A stretch of DNA of 64,000 bases, from the NCBI GenBank assembly GCA_013265495.1, contig MU058714.1:248001-312000 (forward strand), given 5' to 3'. The notes below the pieces were generated by a model. That model had not been told where the DNA came from, did not search any database, and worked only from the letters and a program-made list of their open reading frames with translations. Positions 1-11,350 of the stretch are shown here, in pieces. Positions within the stretch are counted from its first letter, which is position 1. The number at the start of each line of letters is the position of its first letter. Source of the DNA: Vicugna vicugna (lineage: Eukaryota). Position numbers and translations under genes: made by a program.

Positions 1-679
1 TGAATTGTATTTGTAACCAGGAAAAATATAAGGGGTAAATTTTAAATTCGATTAGAAATGTTACAGAGGCAGTTTATCCAGCTGGCAGCGGGTGGAAGAA
101 TCAGGGCAGCTCCTGACAAACGTGGAGCTCCTCCTGCAGGGGTGAAAGGTTCCCAGGACTTTGACCAAGAAGCTGAGGGAGCCTGGGAGACCGCGTTTGG
201 CCAGGAGAGCCACACCTTGACACACCAACTTGGCACAGAGATAATTATGCAAATAAACCACTGGCTCCCAGGGAGACTGGTGGTGGTGGTTTTTATTTTT
301 TGCTCAGGAGCCAGACTCAGAGCATGTTGCACAAGCTGGTCCAAGAGGCAGTTTTATTCATTCTGGGGAGAAACGTCCAGTCATTTGTCGCACGATCCAA
401 CCTCCCGGCGTTCTTTTCCGGATTAAGGTTTGAGTTGATTTGCTGGCGTCCTGCTGTCAGGAGCTCCCGGTGTGTCCCCGGGGCTCACCGGCTGTCTCAG
501 CGACACACACTAACCTCCCCCGGCTCCTCTCACGAGAAGGCCCCTCCCAGGTTTATTATCATGAGCTGAAGTTCTGGAAGTTTCACCGTTACAAAATAAA
601 TATTTTTCAAGCTCATGATTCATGAGAAAAATGGAAGAAAATAAATGATATCGCATTCCTACTGTGGCGAGGCACCCAA

Positions 680-780
680 CATGCATTTTCTCATTTAACC
701 TTTGAAATAATGCTTTGAGGTCAGAGTTACTGTCCCCAACTTACAGATAAAGAAACTGAATCTCAGAGTTCAAATAATCC
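680..780 (-). mobile_element. MIR SINE fragment
   Basis: ctcatttaacct...tccccaacttacagataaagaaactgaatctcagag resembles the reverse MIR core (cccattttacagatgaggaaactgaggctcagag). Confidence 0.75.
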
Positions 781-2064
781 AGACGCAGAGCGCTGGCTCA
801 GGACTCAGCTGCTGGCTTCCCCCGGAGCCCGTGACCTGAGGAAGCCTCGAGATGCGGGCCCCAGTCTTTACAGCCTCCCAGCCCGTGAGGACTAGAGGAA
901 CCCAAACTTCTCCCAGGCACAGGGGCCCCGCAGCTGACAAACTGGGGTGCCTGCGGCTGAGGGGGCTGTCGGAGGAGACCGTCCAGCCACGCACACTGCA
1001 GGGATCTGAGCCTCCTTCCTCGTGACTGCAACATCTCTGAAACCAGGAGACAACTCTATTGGGAGAACAAGCGCTAATTAAATTTACTGGGATCACTGAA
1101 GAGGAAATTATTTAATATTCTGAACAGATTTAATATTTGAAAGCATGGACGGCCTTGATTCGCCGTGGATGGGTTCTCTGCCATCGGGCTTACATTTGGG
1201 GGATCCATATACAAGCTGGGGGGAGGGGACTGAGGTGGCCGGAGGCTATGCTGTCCCTGGAAGCCAGAGGACAGGGAGAGAAGCTGGGCACGGGCCAGAG
1301 GGCGAGGTCCTGGTAGCAGCCCTCCGCAGGGACCCGGCTGGCACCGCTACAAGGTCTGGAGGTCATAGTCAGGGTCTCTGTGGCCCTGTGCCTGTGGGCC
1401 TGACGTCGACCTGCATTTGCCCCCTGCTCCTGCTGGCCGAGCTGCACACCAGGTGAGAGGGTCCAGAGGCTACGTGTTCCTGGGACCGTGTGATCTAAAC
1501 ACCCCGGTGTCTCAGGGCAGAACTGGGAAGAGAAACAAGCACATTTACCAGGTCCCCAAGACACACAAGTCAGGACTTCTGGGAGCCGCTCAGCCTCGTC
1601 ACCTTAGTGCCACCGGGGGACCACACACAGGTTTCTCTGAGAGCTGCCCCAGGAGGAGCCACACCCCACGTGCTCAGCCAGGTGCCTAAATGTGGCCCCC
1701 AGACCCTGAGCAGTGGCTGAGACCCGGCCCCCGGGGGTGCCTCCCTGGAGGCTGGCTGGTGGGGCCCAGGCTGGGTGTCACTCTCAGTCACGGCCAAGCA
1801 GACAAGCTCGGGGTCACATCACTCTGGGTGTGCCTGTGTCGCTGTGAGGGAGGGCTGGGCCAACCCCAAGGCAAGCCCTGCAGGACCCCTGAACACCGAG
1901 GAGAGAAGGCAGGGGAGGAGGGTGAGCTCAACTCACTTCCCTACGAGAAGAAAATAATTTCCCGATGGGAACTGGCGGGTGGGAAAACTCCAGACGAGAG
2001 CTCGGGCTAGTGGTGGACATGAGGAATTCCCACCTAGCCCTCAGCTACAAGGCAGAGAGTCGAC

Positions 2065-2400
2065 GTATTTAGGGAGCAAGTCATAGAAACTCAACTCACC
2101 CAGCTTAATCAGAAAGAGAGTTCACTGGGGCTCACTAACGGGGTGAAGCTGGCCTTGGAGACACCACACACAAACACACACACACACACACCCTGGTCCT
2201 CCCTTTCCCTTGATCTAATCTCCCCGTTGCATATGTGTTCTGCGTGCACTGAGGCCGGATGCAGAGGACAGACCGCTGAGTGTCAGGGCTTAGAGCCCCC
2301 GAGCCCAGCGGCCCCACAGACATACCTTCCTCCTTCTCCATACAAAGAAGTCACATTGAAGGACACGGATCATCTGGCATCATCCTGAACCATCCTCACC
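2065..2400 (-). mobile_element. Degraded MLT1 (ERVL-MaLR) LTR fragment, K/L/N-like
   Basis: gcaagtcatagaaactcaactcacccagcttaatcagaaagagagttcactgg resembles an old MLT1 terminus; interrupted by (CA)n. Confidence 0.45.
2161..2191. repeat. Imperfect (CA)n microsatellite
   Basis: acaccacacacaaacacacacacacacacac. Confidence 0.9.
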
Positions 2401-4149
2401 GTCACCCACCCTGGGAGGGACATGCGCTGCACCTGTGGAGGGAGGGGACTCGCAATCTGTGTGGATGGGGGGGTGGGCGGAGGCCACAGCAGCTCCAGCC
2501 CAGGGGCGCCTGGTCCCGGACATCCAGATGGCAGCCCATCGCTGCGGCAGCGGGGCCCCCGGCCGAGAGGCGTGGAGGCCGACACCGGCACATGGAGCTC
2601 GGAGGAGGCGCCTGGTCGAGCTCCTGCCAGCCTTCAGTGCAATTTTTTTTAATTGTAAGTGATTCTGTCTGCTTCACACTGCGGGGGCTGCAGACTGGGT
2701 GTGCTGTGTAACTGCAATTAAAAGTCAACAAACCGAGAGCCAGGAGGGTCAGCAGGGTTCTCCATCGGGAGGCTCCTTCTCCTGTCCTTCTGACCCTTCC
2801 TAGTTTTCCAGAGCCGGTGTCCCCTGACTCACCACTCTTGGAAGAGCAGAGCCCTGACAGGAGTTTGTATTTGGGTTTTTTAATTGTCTCTCCTGCTTAG
2901 CTTCCTGTTCAGCAGATCCCCAGGCCAGTCTGTGCTCCCCGTTCAAGACCTAAACCCCCATAAAACAGCCCGCGGACCAGTCCCACCTGCTCTTAACCTG
3001 TCTGTCTCCTTCCATCTCTGCTGCTCAGCCTCTTCTGCACTAAACTCGCCTAGCTCGCCCGGCTTTGGGCTGCCGTCGGAGGCAGGGAGGAGTGACCACC
3101 GGAGCCCCAGAGGCCAGCACAAGTGCCTCTCCCGTGCTTCCCGAACACTGCCCTCGAGCTCTGTTTTTGGTGAAGAACTGTAGACACTCTGCACTTGACC
3201 GTGGGTCAGCCCCTGCCCACCTGCCATCGAAGCCAGTGACCTTCCACCCTGTAGGTCCTCCAGAGCCAGTATCAGAGTGAACCCCACTCCCACCTGTACC
3301 CCGACATGTTCCATTCCAGGGGACCTGAAGGCCTTCTACCCCTGCTGTTCCCCAAGACAGGCTCAAACACACCTCCAAAGTGGACCTTCTGGGCGCACTG
3401 AGCTGTGGACACAGTGCTCAGCCTGCAAAGACACTGGGCCACCCCCAGGGTTCATAAAGCACCCACTGCATTCAGCTCTGTCTAATGAGTGTGGGTAACA
3501 GGAGGCCCAGCACGGCCTAAGGAGCCTTCCTGGAAACTGACTCAGAGGGACGTGAGCTGTGAAGGGTCAGCACTGAGTCCAAAGAGACCTGGCATCTAGG
3601 CCTCCTAGCCTGTCATTTGCTGTCCATATCCTTAACTTGTTTCTCTGACTATAAAACTGACTCTGACACAGATAATCTCTAGGGTTTCTCCCGGCTCTAA
3701 AATTCTCTGCTTCTGTAACTCAGGAATAAACCTTGAGGCATGGATGAGACAGGCCCAGTGCTCGGGGGGTGGGGGTGCTCATGGTCAACAGTTGGAGGGT
3801 TCGGGGAGGCTTCCCGAGACTCAGTCTGCACACAGGCCCTGGCACATGGATTGTTTTTCGAAGGCACCACAGAGTAACCTGAACATTCTGACCTCTTTGG
3901 GAGGCTGGAAAGAGCAGCTGTGAAGGAGTCCTGGCAGGCGAGGGCCTGGTATACAGGAGCTTCCCTGACCAGGTGAGGCCAGGTGAGGCCACATCCCTTC
4001 CCTGCCCCCACCCGAACCATTCCTCTGGGTGCAGAGCTTGAAGCTAGGGAGACTGAGAGAAAGCCACTTTCACTAGACAATAACACGATGAATTATTTTA
4101 AAATCCTGGAGTGGAGAATGTTTAATATTATATTAGACTTAGAAGCCAA

Positions 4150-5070
4150 AAAAGGAAAAGGCTTTTGACAAAAAGATAAACAACTTCTGATAGGAAAAAA
4201 AAATACTATACACAAAGGTAAATAAAAAATTATACAGTGGGGAGAGATTTATATCACATAAAGCTAAAGACTGATTACCTTCATAAATGAAAAGTTCTGG
4301 TAAATTAATAAGTAAAGGACAAACAACCAACAGACAAACAATCAATTCACAGAAAAATGTCAATGGCCACTGAACATGGGAAAATATGCTCAACTTCACC
4401 CAAAATTAAAGAAATTCAATTAATAGCAAGATACAATTATTAAGCATCAAACTGGCAAAAATAGCCAGTATTGGACAAAGAATGATACACAGCAGATGAG
4501 ACTAAATCGGTAAAACCTTTTGGAAGGGCTGTTTGGTAATATTTATTAATATTTAAATGCACAAGCCTTTGATTTAACAATTCCACTTCCAAGAACCTAT
4601 CCCACTGGTTACCCTCACAGTAAGCCAACATGCACATAAAACATATTAAGTGCAATGCTGTTACAGCAGCAGGAAATACACTGGGAGGGAGGGTGCCCAC
4701 CCACTGGGAAATAAGTTAGGGGGTGCCCACATTACGGCATATTCCACAACCATTCTTTTTAAACAAAGGAGAGCTCTATGTGCTGATAGGTCACTGTGGC
4801 CAAGGAAGATTGTAAACAAAATAGTAAGTTCCAGAATATACATAAAACCTGTCTATGTAGGAGGGAAAAAAGGAGATTATATATTATACATATAATATAA
4901 TAATAATATAATATATAATATTAATGTAGTAATATAATGTATATTATATATGTAATTTCCTGGAAAAAATGCACCACCAACTTTACAGCTAAGCTGTAGA
5001 AATGGAGTATTAAGAGAGGGTCAGTCAGGGAGATTCTAGTTTCTACTTCCTCAGTTTTCTATACTGTCTG
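4150..5070 (+). mobile_element. Ancient L1 (L1ME-like) ORF2 end/3' region
   Basis: A-rich; aatatgctcaacttcac, ttttggaagggctgtttggtaata and aacaattccacttccaagaa match degraded L1 3' motifs. Confidence 0.75.
4877..4952. repeat. AT-rich low-complexity (TAATA/TATA) tract
   Basis: ttatatattatacatataatataataataatataatatataatattaatgtagtaatataatgtatattatatatg. Confidence 0.85.
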
Positions 5071-5399
5071 AATGTTTCTGCCACAAGCACACATACTTTC
5101 TTCATGGAGAAAAATGGCTTTGAGAGAGATGAGAACATTTTTCTTGGTGGTTTTCTTGATGAATTTCAGTCCCTCTGCCACTTCACTTGTTCTTGTTAAT
5201 GTCAGACGGGCTTATTGCAGCGAAGAAAGCACACAGGACAGATTTTCAGACAGAGACAGATATTACAGAAATCATTCATGATCCCACAATCAAAACGTAA
5301 CTACCGGGAATGAGTCCGTGCCCGAGCGTAAGTGGAGTCCGTCCTCCGTGCCGGTGTCTCCACCGCGTGCTGAGCCACTCCCACCTGTGCATAAACCTG

Positions 5400-5945
5400 C
5401 TCCGGCATCTCCCATCAACAGCAGGAACCCCTGCCTCGACTCAGATCTCCTTCCAGATACCACACCATCTCTCTGCTCCCCTCTGAAGAAACATTTCTTT
5501 GAAGAGTTGTCTTCACATGTTATTTCTACTTCATCCCTTCCCATTCTCTCCTGAAGTAACTCCAAACAAGTTTCTTCTCACTCTTTGGTAGAAAAAACTT
5601 CTGCCCAGATCACCGATGACCCCCCACCACCTCACCCCAAAATGGCCAAGCACAGCGATCGGTCCTCAGCCCTCATCTCATCCTTCCTTTGGCAATGTGG
5701 ACACCGTCATTAATTCACGTCCTCCTAGAAAGCCTCTGTTCGCTTGGCCTCAGGGACACCACTGTCTCTCTTGGATACTGTCTCACCTTAAACAAGGCCC
5801 TTCTCGGTCACTTTTGCTAGTTTCCCCGCATCTCCCCAGACTCTAGACACTGAGGTGCTCAAAGGCGCAATTCTGGAACATCCTCCCCTCCATGTAGGAA
5901 AGACGTCACTTCTCCCGTTCAGTTTCCTGAATTTAAAACCCACTG
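5400..5945 (+). mobile_element. L2 LINE internal (RT-region) fragment
   Basis: ccatctctctgctcccc...gaagagttgtctt...cagatcaccgatgacc and a C/T-rich body typical of L2. Confidence 0.7.
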
Positions 5946-6039
5946 CAGTCCTTCCTAGAGCGACCACTGAAAAGTGTTGTGGATAAGGCTGCAAAGCCAC
6001 TTAAAGTGCAACACTGAAGTGCATAAGACTAACCACACA

Positions 6040-6790
6040 AAGGCAGAAAAGGAGGTACAAATGACTAAGACGCAGAGTACACAAAAGAAAACAAGCGATA
6101 AAAGACTAAATTCTGGCAATATCATTAATTACATTAAATGTAAATGGACTACACAGTCCAATGAAAAGGCAGAGGTTGTCAGCGACAGAAATAGATTGAA
6201 AGCAGAAGAGGGTTTAAAATGATACCATGCAAACAATAAGCATAAGGTTAGAAGGGTTATATTCATAACAGATTAACTAGATTTGAAGACAAAAGGTATT
6301 AACAGAGTTAAAGGGTGATATCTCATAAAGATAAAAGAGTTAATTTATTACAAAAGTATGACACTCACAAGCCTGTAGGGTCAAACAGTAGAACTTCAAA
6401 ACACATAGGGCAAAAACTGAAAGGATAAGGGGAAAAATCCACAGTCACAGAGGCTCTAGCACCCCCTCCCTCAACCACTGATAGAACAAGTCACCCAAAA
6501 TCAGTAAGGAAGCAGATCTGAACTTTAACCACCTTGAACTAACTGACATTTAGAGAACACTAAATCCAACAACTGCAGGCACTCATCCTTTTCAAGTGTA
6601 CCCAGAATATTCACCAAGATGGATCATGTGCTGAGACACTGGGAAAACACTCAAGTGATGGCAGCAAGACCAGGAGGTCTCAGTGCTCATCTGCCCCCAA
6701 AAAACAATGAATAAACAACTACATGCCAATGAAAGTAGCAGTGATGGAACTCTGGAATATAACAAAGAGGCAACAGAAGCCCTGCAGAAC
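6040..6790 (+). mobile_element. Ancient L1 ORF2 endonuclease-region remnant
   Basis: taattacattaaatgtaaatggacta (degraded ITLNVNGL), ataccatgcaaac, ttcaccaagatggatcatgtgctg; frame broken. Confidence 0.8.
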
Positions 6791-7399
6791 ACAAAAACCG
6801 AGGACGGATGCAGAGAAATGCACAGCCCTCCCTCTGCCTGAAGACAGCACAGAGCTCTCTCCCCCTGAGTTCAGACATGTGCTGAACCCAGGATCTGCCC
6901 ACCTACCTGCTGGCCACTAGGCTAAGTCACAGCATAACCCAGCCAGGGAAGCAGAAGGGAAAGGGCTATACCCACCCCCTACCCCGGGGAGCCAGGAGAC
7001 CCAGCAGGACCCTCGGGAGCAGGCTGCTTGGGACCAGATGCCGGGGAGTCTGGTTAAGGGAGCGGGGCACCACCCGCTAGCGCCAGGCAGGGCTGTGGCG
7101 GGAGGTCACTCACTGCCCCAACAAGCACGGTTCAGTCAGTCCCCAGATGCTGGGCTGAAGAGCTGCGTACAGGATCTCCAACCGCAAATAAAACACAGAA
7201 GGTGTCTGCCTTCGGGGGCTGTCCACTGTGGCAAGAGCTGACAAGCACGAAAGGAAACAACACAGATGCACGGGTCCACGCTGAGAGGGCTACCGGGAAG
7301 GCTGTGGAAAGGCGCCGAGACGGCGCGCGAGCACGGAGACGCCTTGAGCCCCCTGAGCCTTCCACAGGAGGCTGACAGCGGGCGAGGCTCAAAGTGGGA

Positions 7400-7615
7400 G
7401 AAAGAGCCAGAGAGACTAGCACAGGAGATGACTCCAGAGCAGGTAAGAGCTCACATGTGCTCTACACACCAACGGGAGCTGGGGACGGGGGAGCTGGAGT
7501 GTGGTGGGAGAGGGGATAAGGTTGGAGAGGGTCAGCAACAGCCAGATTATGCCAGGGTTTTAGCTCTTGCCCAAGCTTTCAGAGTCCGCACACGCAGCCC
7601 AGTGGAGGGTTTCTC
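7400..7615 (-). mobile_element. L2 fragment
   Basis: gataaggttggagagggtcagcaacagccagattatgccagggtttt resembles reverse L2. Confidence 0.5.
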
Positions 7616-8034
7616 TTCCCGCTCCCCAGGGTGTGGGGGAAACTAGCACGACAGTGGACAGAAATCCACGAACACAAGCTGCATGTTCCCCAGGTACGGC
7701 CTCTGGATAAAGGGCCGGGAATTCTCTGTAACTGGTATCAAATCCAGATTCAAGGGAACCCCGCTTCCCCAGCTCATCACCCAGGGGCTCAAAGCCTCTC
7801 CTTCACAGCCCAAGGCTGAGGCTCAGAATTGGTCAGCCTCAAACCCTGGACCCTTCCATGCAACTGCCAGGACTCTCCCCAATTCAGTCTCACCCATCCT
7901 GGCTGCCCCATCACTCAGTCACCACCTCCAGCCCTCCTTCTGCCTCAGGGTCCACCTACAGCCCAGCCCAGCTGAGGGAGCTGGGGGGTCGGGGTGGGGG
8001 GGCTTCCTGGGAGTGAGGATGACCCTGGGCGGGG

Positions 8035-8165
8035 NNNNNNNNNNNNNNNNNNNNNNNNNNNNNNNNNNNNNNNNNNNNNNNNNNNNNNNNNNNNNNNNNN
8101 NNNNNNNNNNNNNNNNNNNNNNNNNNNNNNNNNNNNNNNNNNNNNNNNNNNNNNNNNNNNNNNNN
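8035..8165. other. Assembly gap (131 N) flanked by G-runs
   Basis: N run; flanks ggggggtcggggtggggggg and gggggggcggggggc. Confidence 0.99.
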
Positions 8166-9642
8166 GGGGGGGCGGGGGGCAGCAGGTGAAGGATGCACGT
8201 GGCTCCCTCATCCTGTCTTCTCCCTGATGCTGCCTCTGCTCTCCTCACCTCATGGGATCCAGGCACACAGCGTTTTGCTTTCCCCACCCACCAACAGCAT
8301 CCAGTTCGTAAGTGTCTCACTTAAATGCTTGCTATCTGGCTGCGGGGCCCTCCTTTATTAAGGACACAGAGCCGCCTGGGCTGGGGAGAAGGGAGGAGGG
8401 TTCCCTGCCTAGTGGCAGGTGGGGGGAGGCAGAGGCAGTGGCAAGATGCCCCGTCAAGGGTCCCGAACCAACGGTCAGGTACACACAGCCATGAAGAGTT
8501 TGTGTGCAGCCAGCACAAGGCATGTGTCGGGGACTCAAAGGCATCCACAATCATCGGACATGCTTGATTTAGACTAATGTCCCTGCGCCTCCACGAAAGC
8601 ACTTTATCTCTTTGCACCTGCCTCTCTCATTCACGTGCGCCCCTCTCGCCCTGCCACTTTCCTCTCATCTCAGTCTCCCCTCCTCCTCTGGTCTCTCCCA
8701 GCTCAGCTCCTTCCTTCCCGGCAGTGAGTTTCAATACCTTTCCTCCCAGCTACACCCCCACCCCCGCACCTCCTTCCCACGAAAAGAAGCCTCAACCTAT
8801 CTTTTATGCACCCAAAATGCACACTTGATTTTTCCTTACGAATTCGCCCTCCATCTTTTGTCACACATGCCGAGCCCCGCGATGTACTTGAAAACAGAGT
8901 CTGCATGTCCCAGGTGTCGGGCAGAAACTGATGGATCACTGGAGGGTGTTGTCAGGAAACTCAACAAGGAAGAATCCCCATTATCACCTTGAGGAGCGTA
9001 AAATCTCGTAGAACTCCAAGCGATCTCATCTGCCAGGGCTAATTTAGGAAAAGCCTGGAAACTGAGTCACAGCAGATCCAGAGCAGAGCAGTAGAGGGCG
9101 ACAGAGCAGGCTGCAGACAGAGGGTGCCAGAAGGAGGCAGGAGGCCCTTTCCATTCCAGGAGCCCCGCCCCCACACCAACGCACCCCACACACACACACC
9201 CCAGCCGAGGTTCCCCTAAAAATGCAGAGTTTGGCATCTCAGCTTCTCTGAGCCCTCCTGCCAGGACACCATCAGAGATGAAGGAGCCTCAGGAGTTGGG
9301 TGGCTCCAGGACCGGGGCTGGCCTTCCACCCCAAGCCCCCTACTCTGCGCTGGACGCTGCGGAGAATGCAGGTCCCCCGCCCCAGTGCTGCGTGTGCTCA
9401 CTGTCCCCACCTTCTTCTCCAGCCAAAGACCAGCCGCTCCTTCCTGAAACACAACCACCTGCAGGGAGAGAGCCCACAGCCCGCCCCCCAGGTCCGCGGG
9501 GAGCCGCGGCCGCCGGGAGCGTCCCTCGCCGCACAAGCACGGGGCCCCGCGCACGCCTCCGGAGGCAGAGGTCTGAAGAGCAGCGGAGACCCCTTCTCTC
9601 TTCATCTCTGACATGAAGCTTGCAATTACTTGGTAACAGCGG

Positions 9643-10020
9643 TGTGTCAGCCTGTCCACGCGGCTCTACCAGAGCACCAGAGCCTGGGGGCTTACAAACA
9701 ATGGGGTCTATTTATTCCTCACATTTCTGGAGTCTGGAAGTCCAAGAGCAGGGGGCTGGCAGATTCAGTTTTAGATTCAGCTGTGGGTGAGGTTCTGCTT
9801 CCTGGCTCATGGACAACCGTTTTCTCGCTGTGTCCACACATTGTGGGAGGGACAATATAGCTTCTCTGGGGTCCCTTTTATAAGGGTAATGATCCCGTTC
9901 ATGAGGGTTTCACACTTACGATTTAATCACCTCCCAAAGGCCCCACCTCCAAATGCCATCCCCTTGGGGTTAAGGTTCCAACATACGAATTTGGGGCGGA
10001 GGCAGAAACCTCCAGAGCAG
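9643..10020 (-). mobile_element. MLT1A/A0-like LTR
   Basis: ttcctcacatttctggagtctggaagtccaag; taatcacctcccaaaggccccacctccaaatgccatc; aacatacgaatttgggg. Confidence 0.88.
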
Positions 10021-10084
10021 ATGGGCAGTCACCATGCTGAGCCTGACAAGGAGCACGTGCCCCCGGCTGTCCCTCAATCCACCA

Positions 10085-10342
10085 AGCATCCTCCTGCCAC
10101 AGGGCCCTTGCACTTGCTGATCCAGCTGCTGGGAACGCCCTTCCCCAGAAGAGCACAGATCACTCACCGGCCTCAGTCAGGTGTTCGCATGGCGTTGCCC
10201 TAGCAGAGAGGCCTGCGGCGTGTGCGTGTGTGTGCCGCTCAGGCCCGGCCACTAGAATGACAGCAAGGGCTCAGTTCACAGCTCAGTCATAGCCCAGGGA
10301 CCTAGAACCATGTCCAGCAATCAGACACCTTTAATAAACAAG
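10085..10342 (+). mobile_element. L2 3' fragment
   Basis: ccacagggcccttgcacttgctg, ccactagaatg, ending ttaataaacaag. Confidence 0.6.
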
Positions 10343-11076
10343 AGTTAAATAAACGGCCACAGAGAGCATCCCTCCCAGGGCGCCTGCTGCGGAACACCTA
10401 ACATACCCATGGCAATGGCTCGCGCAAACAACCCCGTTCTCCGGACGTGGGCAGGTCTCTCTCTCCCACCACACCCAGAGCCCCATCCCTCTCCCTGCCT
10501 CCGAACAGTCCCACGTCTCCGGTGAAGAAAAGAGGAGGAGTCCGGTCATGAAGTCGCTGCTGTTCCGGCAGTGATGTCTCGAGCTAGTTCCTGCCACTGC
10601 CAGGGAGGATGCCCTAATGCCTCCACACAGACAGAACAATTACTTCTAAACACAGCCGCCTCCCCTGCTGTCACTATCAGATGCTGGCAGGTGTGGTCCA
10701 GAGTCAGCTCCCAGCCAAATCCCTAGCCTCAGGAGCCCCCGATCAGGCAGATATCCCGTGGGGACACCAAATGGGCACAGGCCACCAGACCACCCCAGCC
10801 CACCAGCCCTGCCCCCCTCAACTAAACTGGGCCTCCAGACACCAGCACAGACCAGGACCAGATGACTTCAGGGTTCATCCGCCCTGACCTCAGTCTCCTC
10901 CTGAACCCTCCACCCTGCTCACCCATCGCCTAGGCTGCCCCACCCCCAACTCCTGCCTGGCTCCCCTCGTCCGGAGACTTCCCAGGTGGGGCTGCCCAGG
11001 GCAGGACCAGAAGGGCCAAGGGAGATGGAAAGACAATCCCTAATTCTTTTTCAGGAAATGGAGGCAAGAGAGGAGC

Positions 11077-11350
11077 CATTTCTATTGATGTGAAATGTCC
11101 AAAACAGGCAAATCCAGAGACAGAAAGTGGACTAGGAGCTGCCGGGGCTGGGGGAGAGGTGGGACTCTGGAAGTGATGGCCACAGGGCATGGGGGATCTC
11201 TAGGCGGTAATGAAAATGTCCCAAATTCTGCAGGGGTGGTGGCTGCACAGCTCTGTGAATGTCTTAAAAACCACTGAACCATACACTTTCGACAGGTGAG
11301 CTGTGTGGAAATGTGGATTATATCTCAATGAAGCTGTCGAAACAAAAATA
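11077..11350 (+). mobile_element. L1MB/MC-like 3' end
   Basis: gaaatgtccaaaacaggcaaatccagagacagaaagt...aaaaccactgaaccatacactt...ttatatctcaatgaagctg. Confidence 0.88.

Noticed and set aside
4691..4730. GGGTGCCCAC direct repeat 30 bp apart
   Set aside because: Short and inside degraded L1; probably a local duplication or chance
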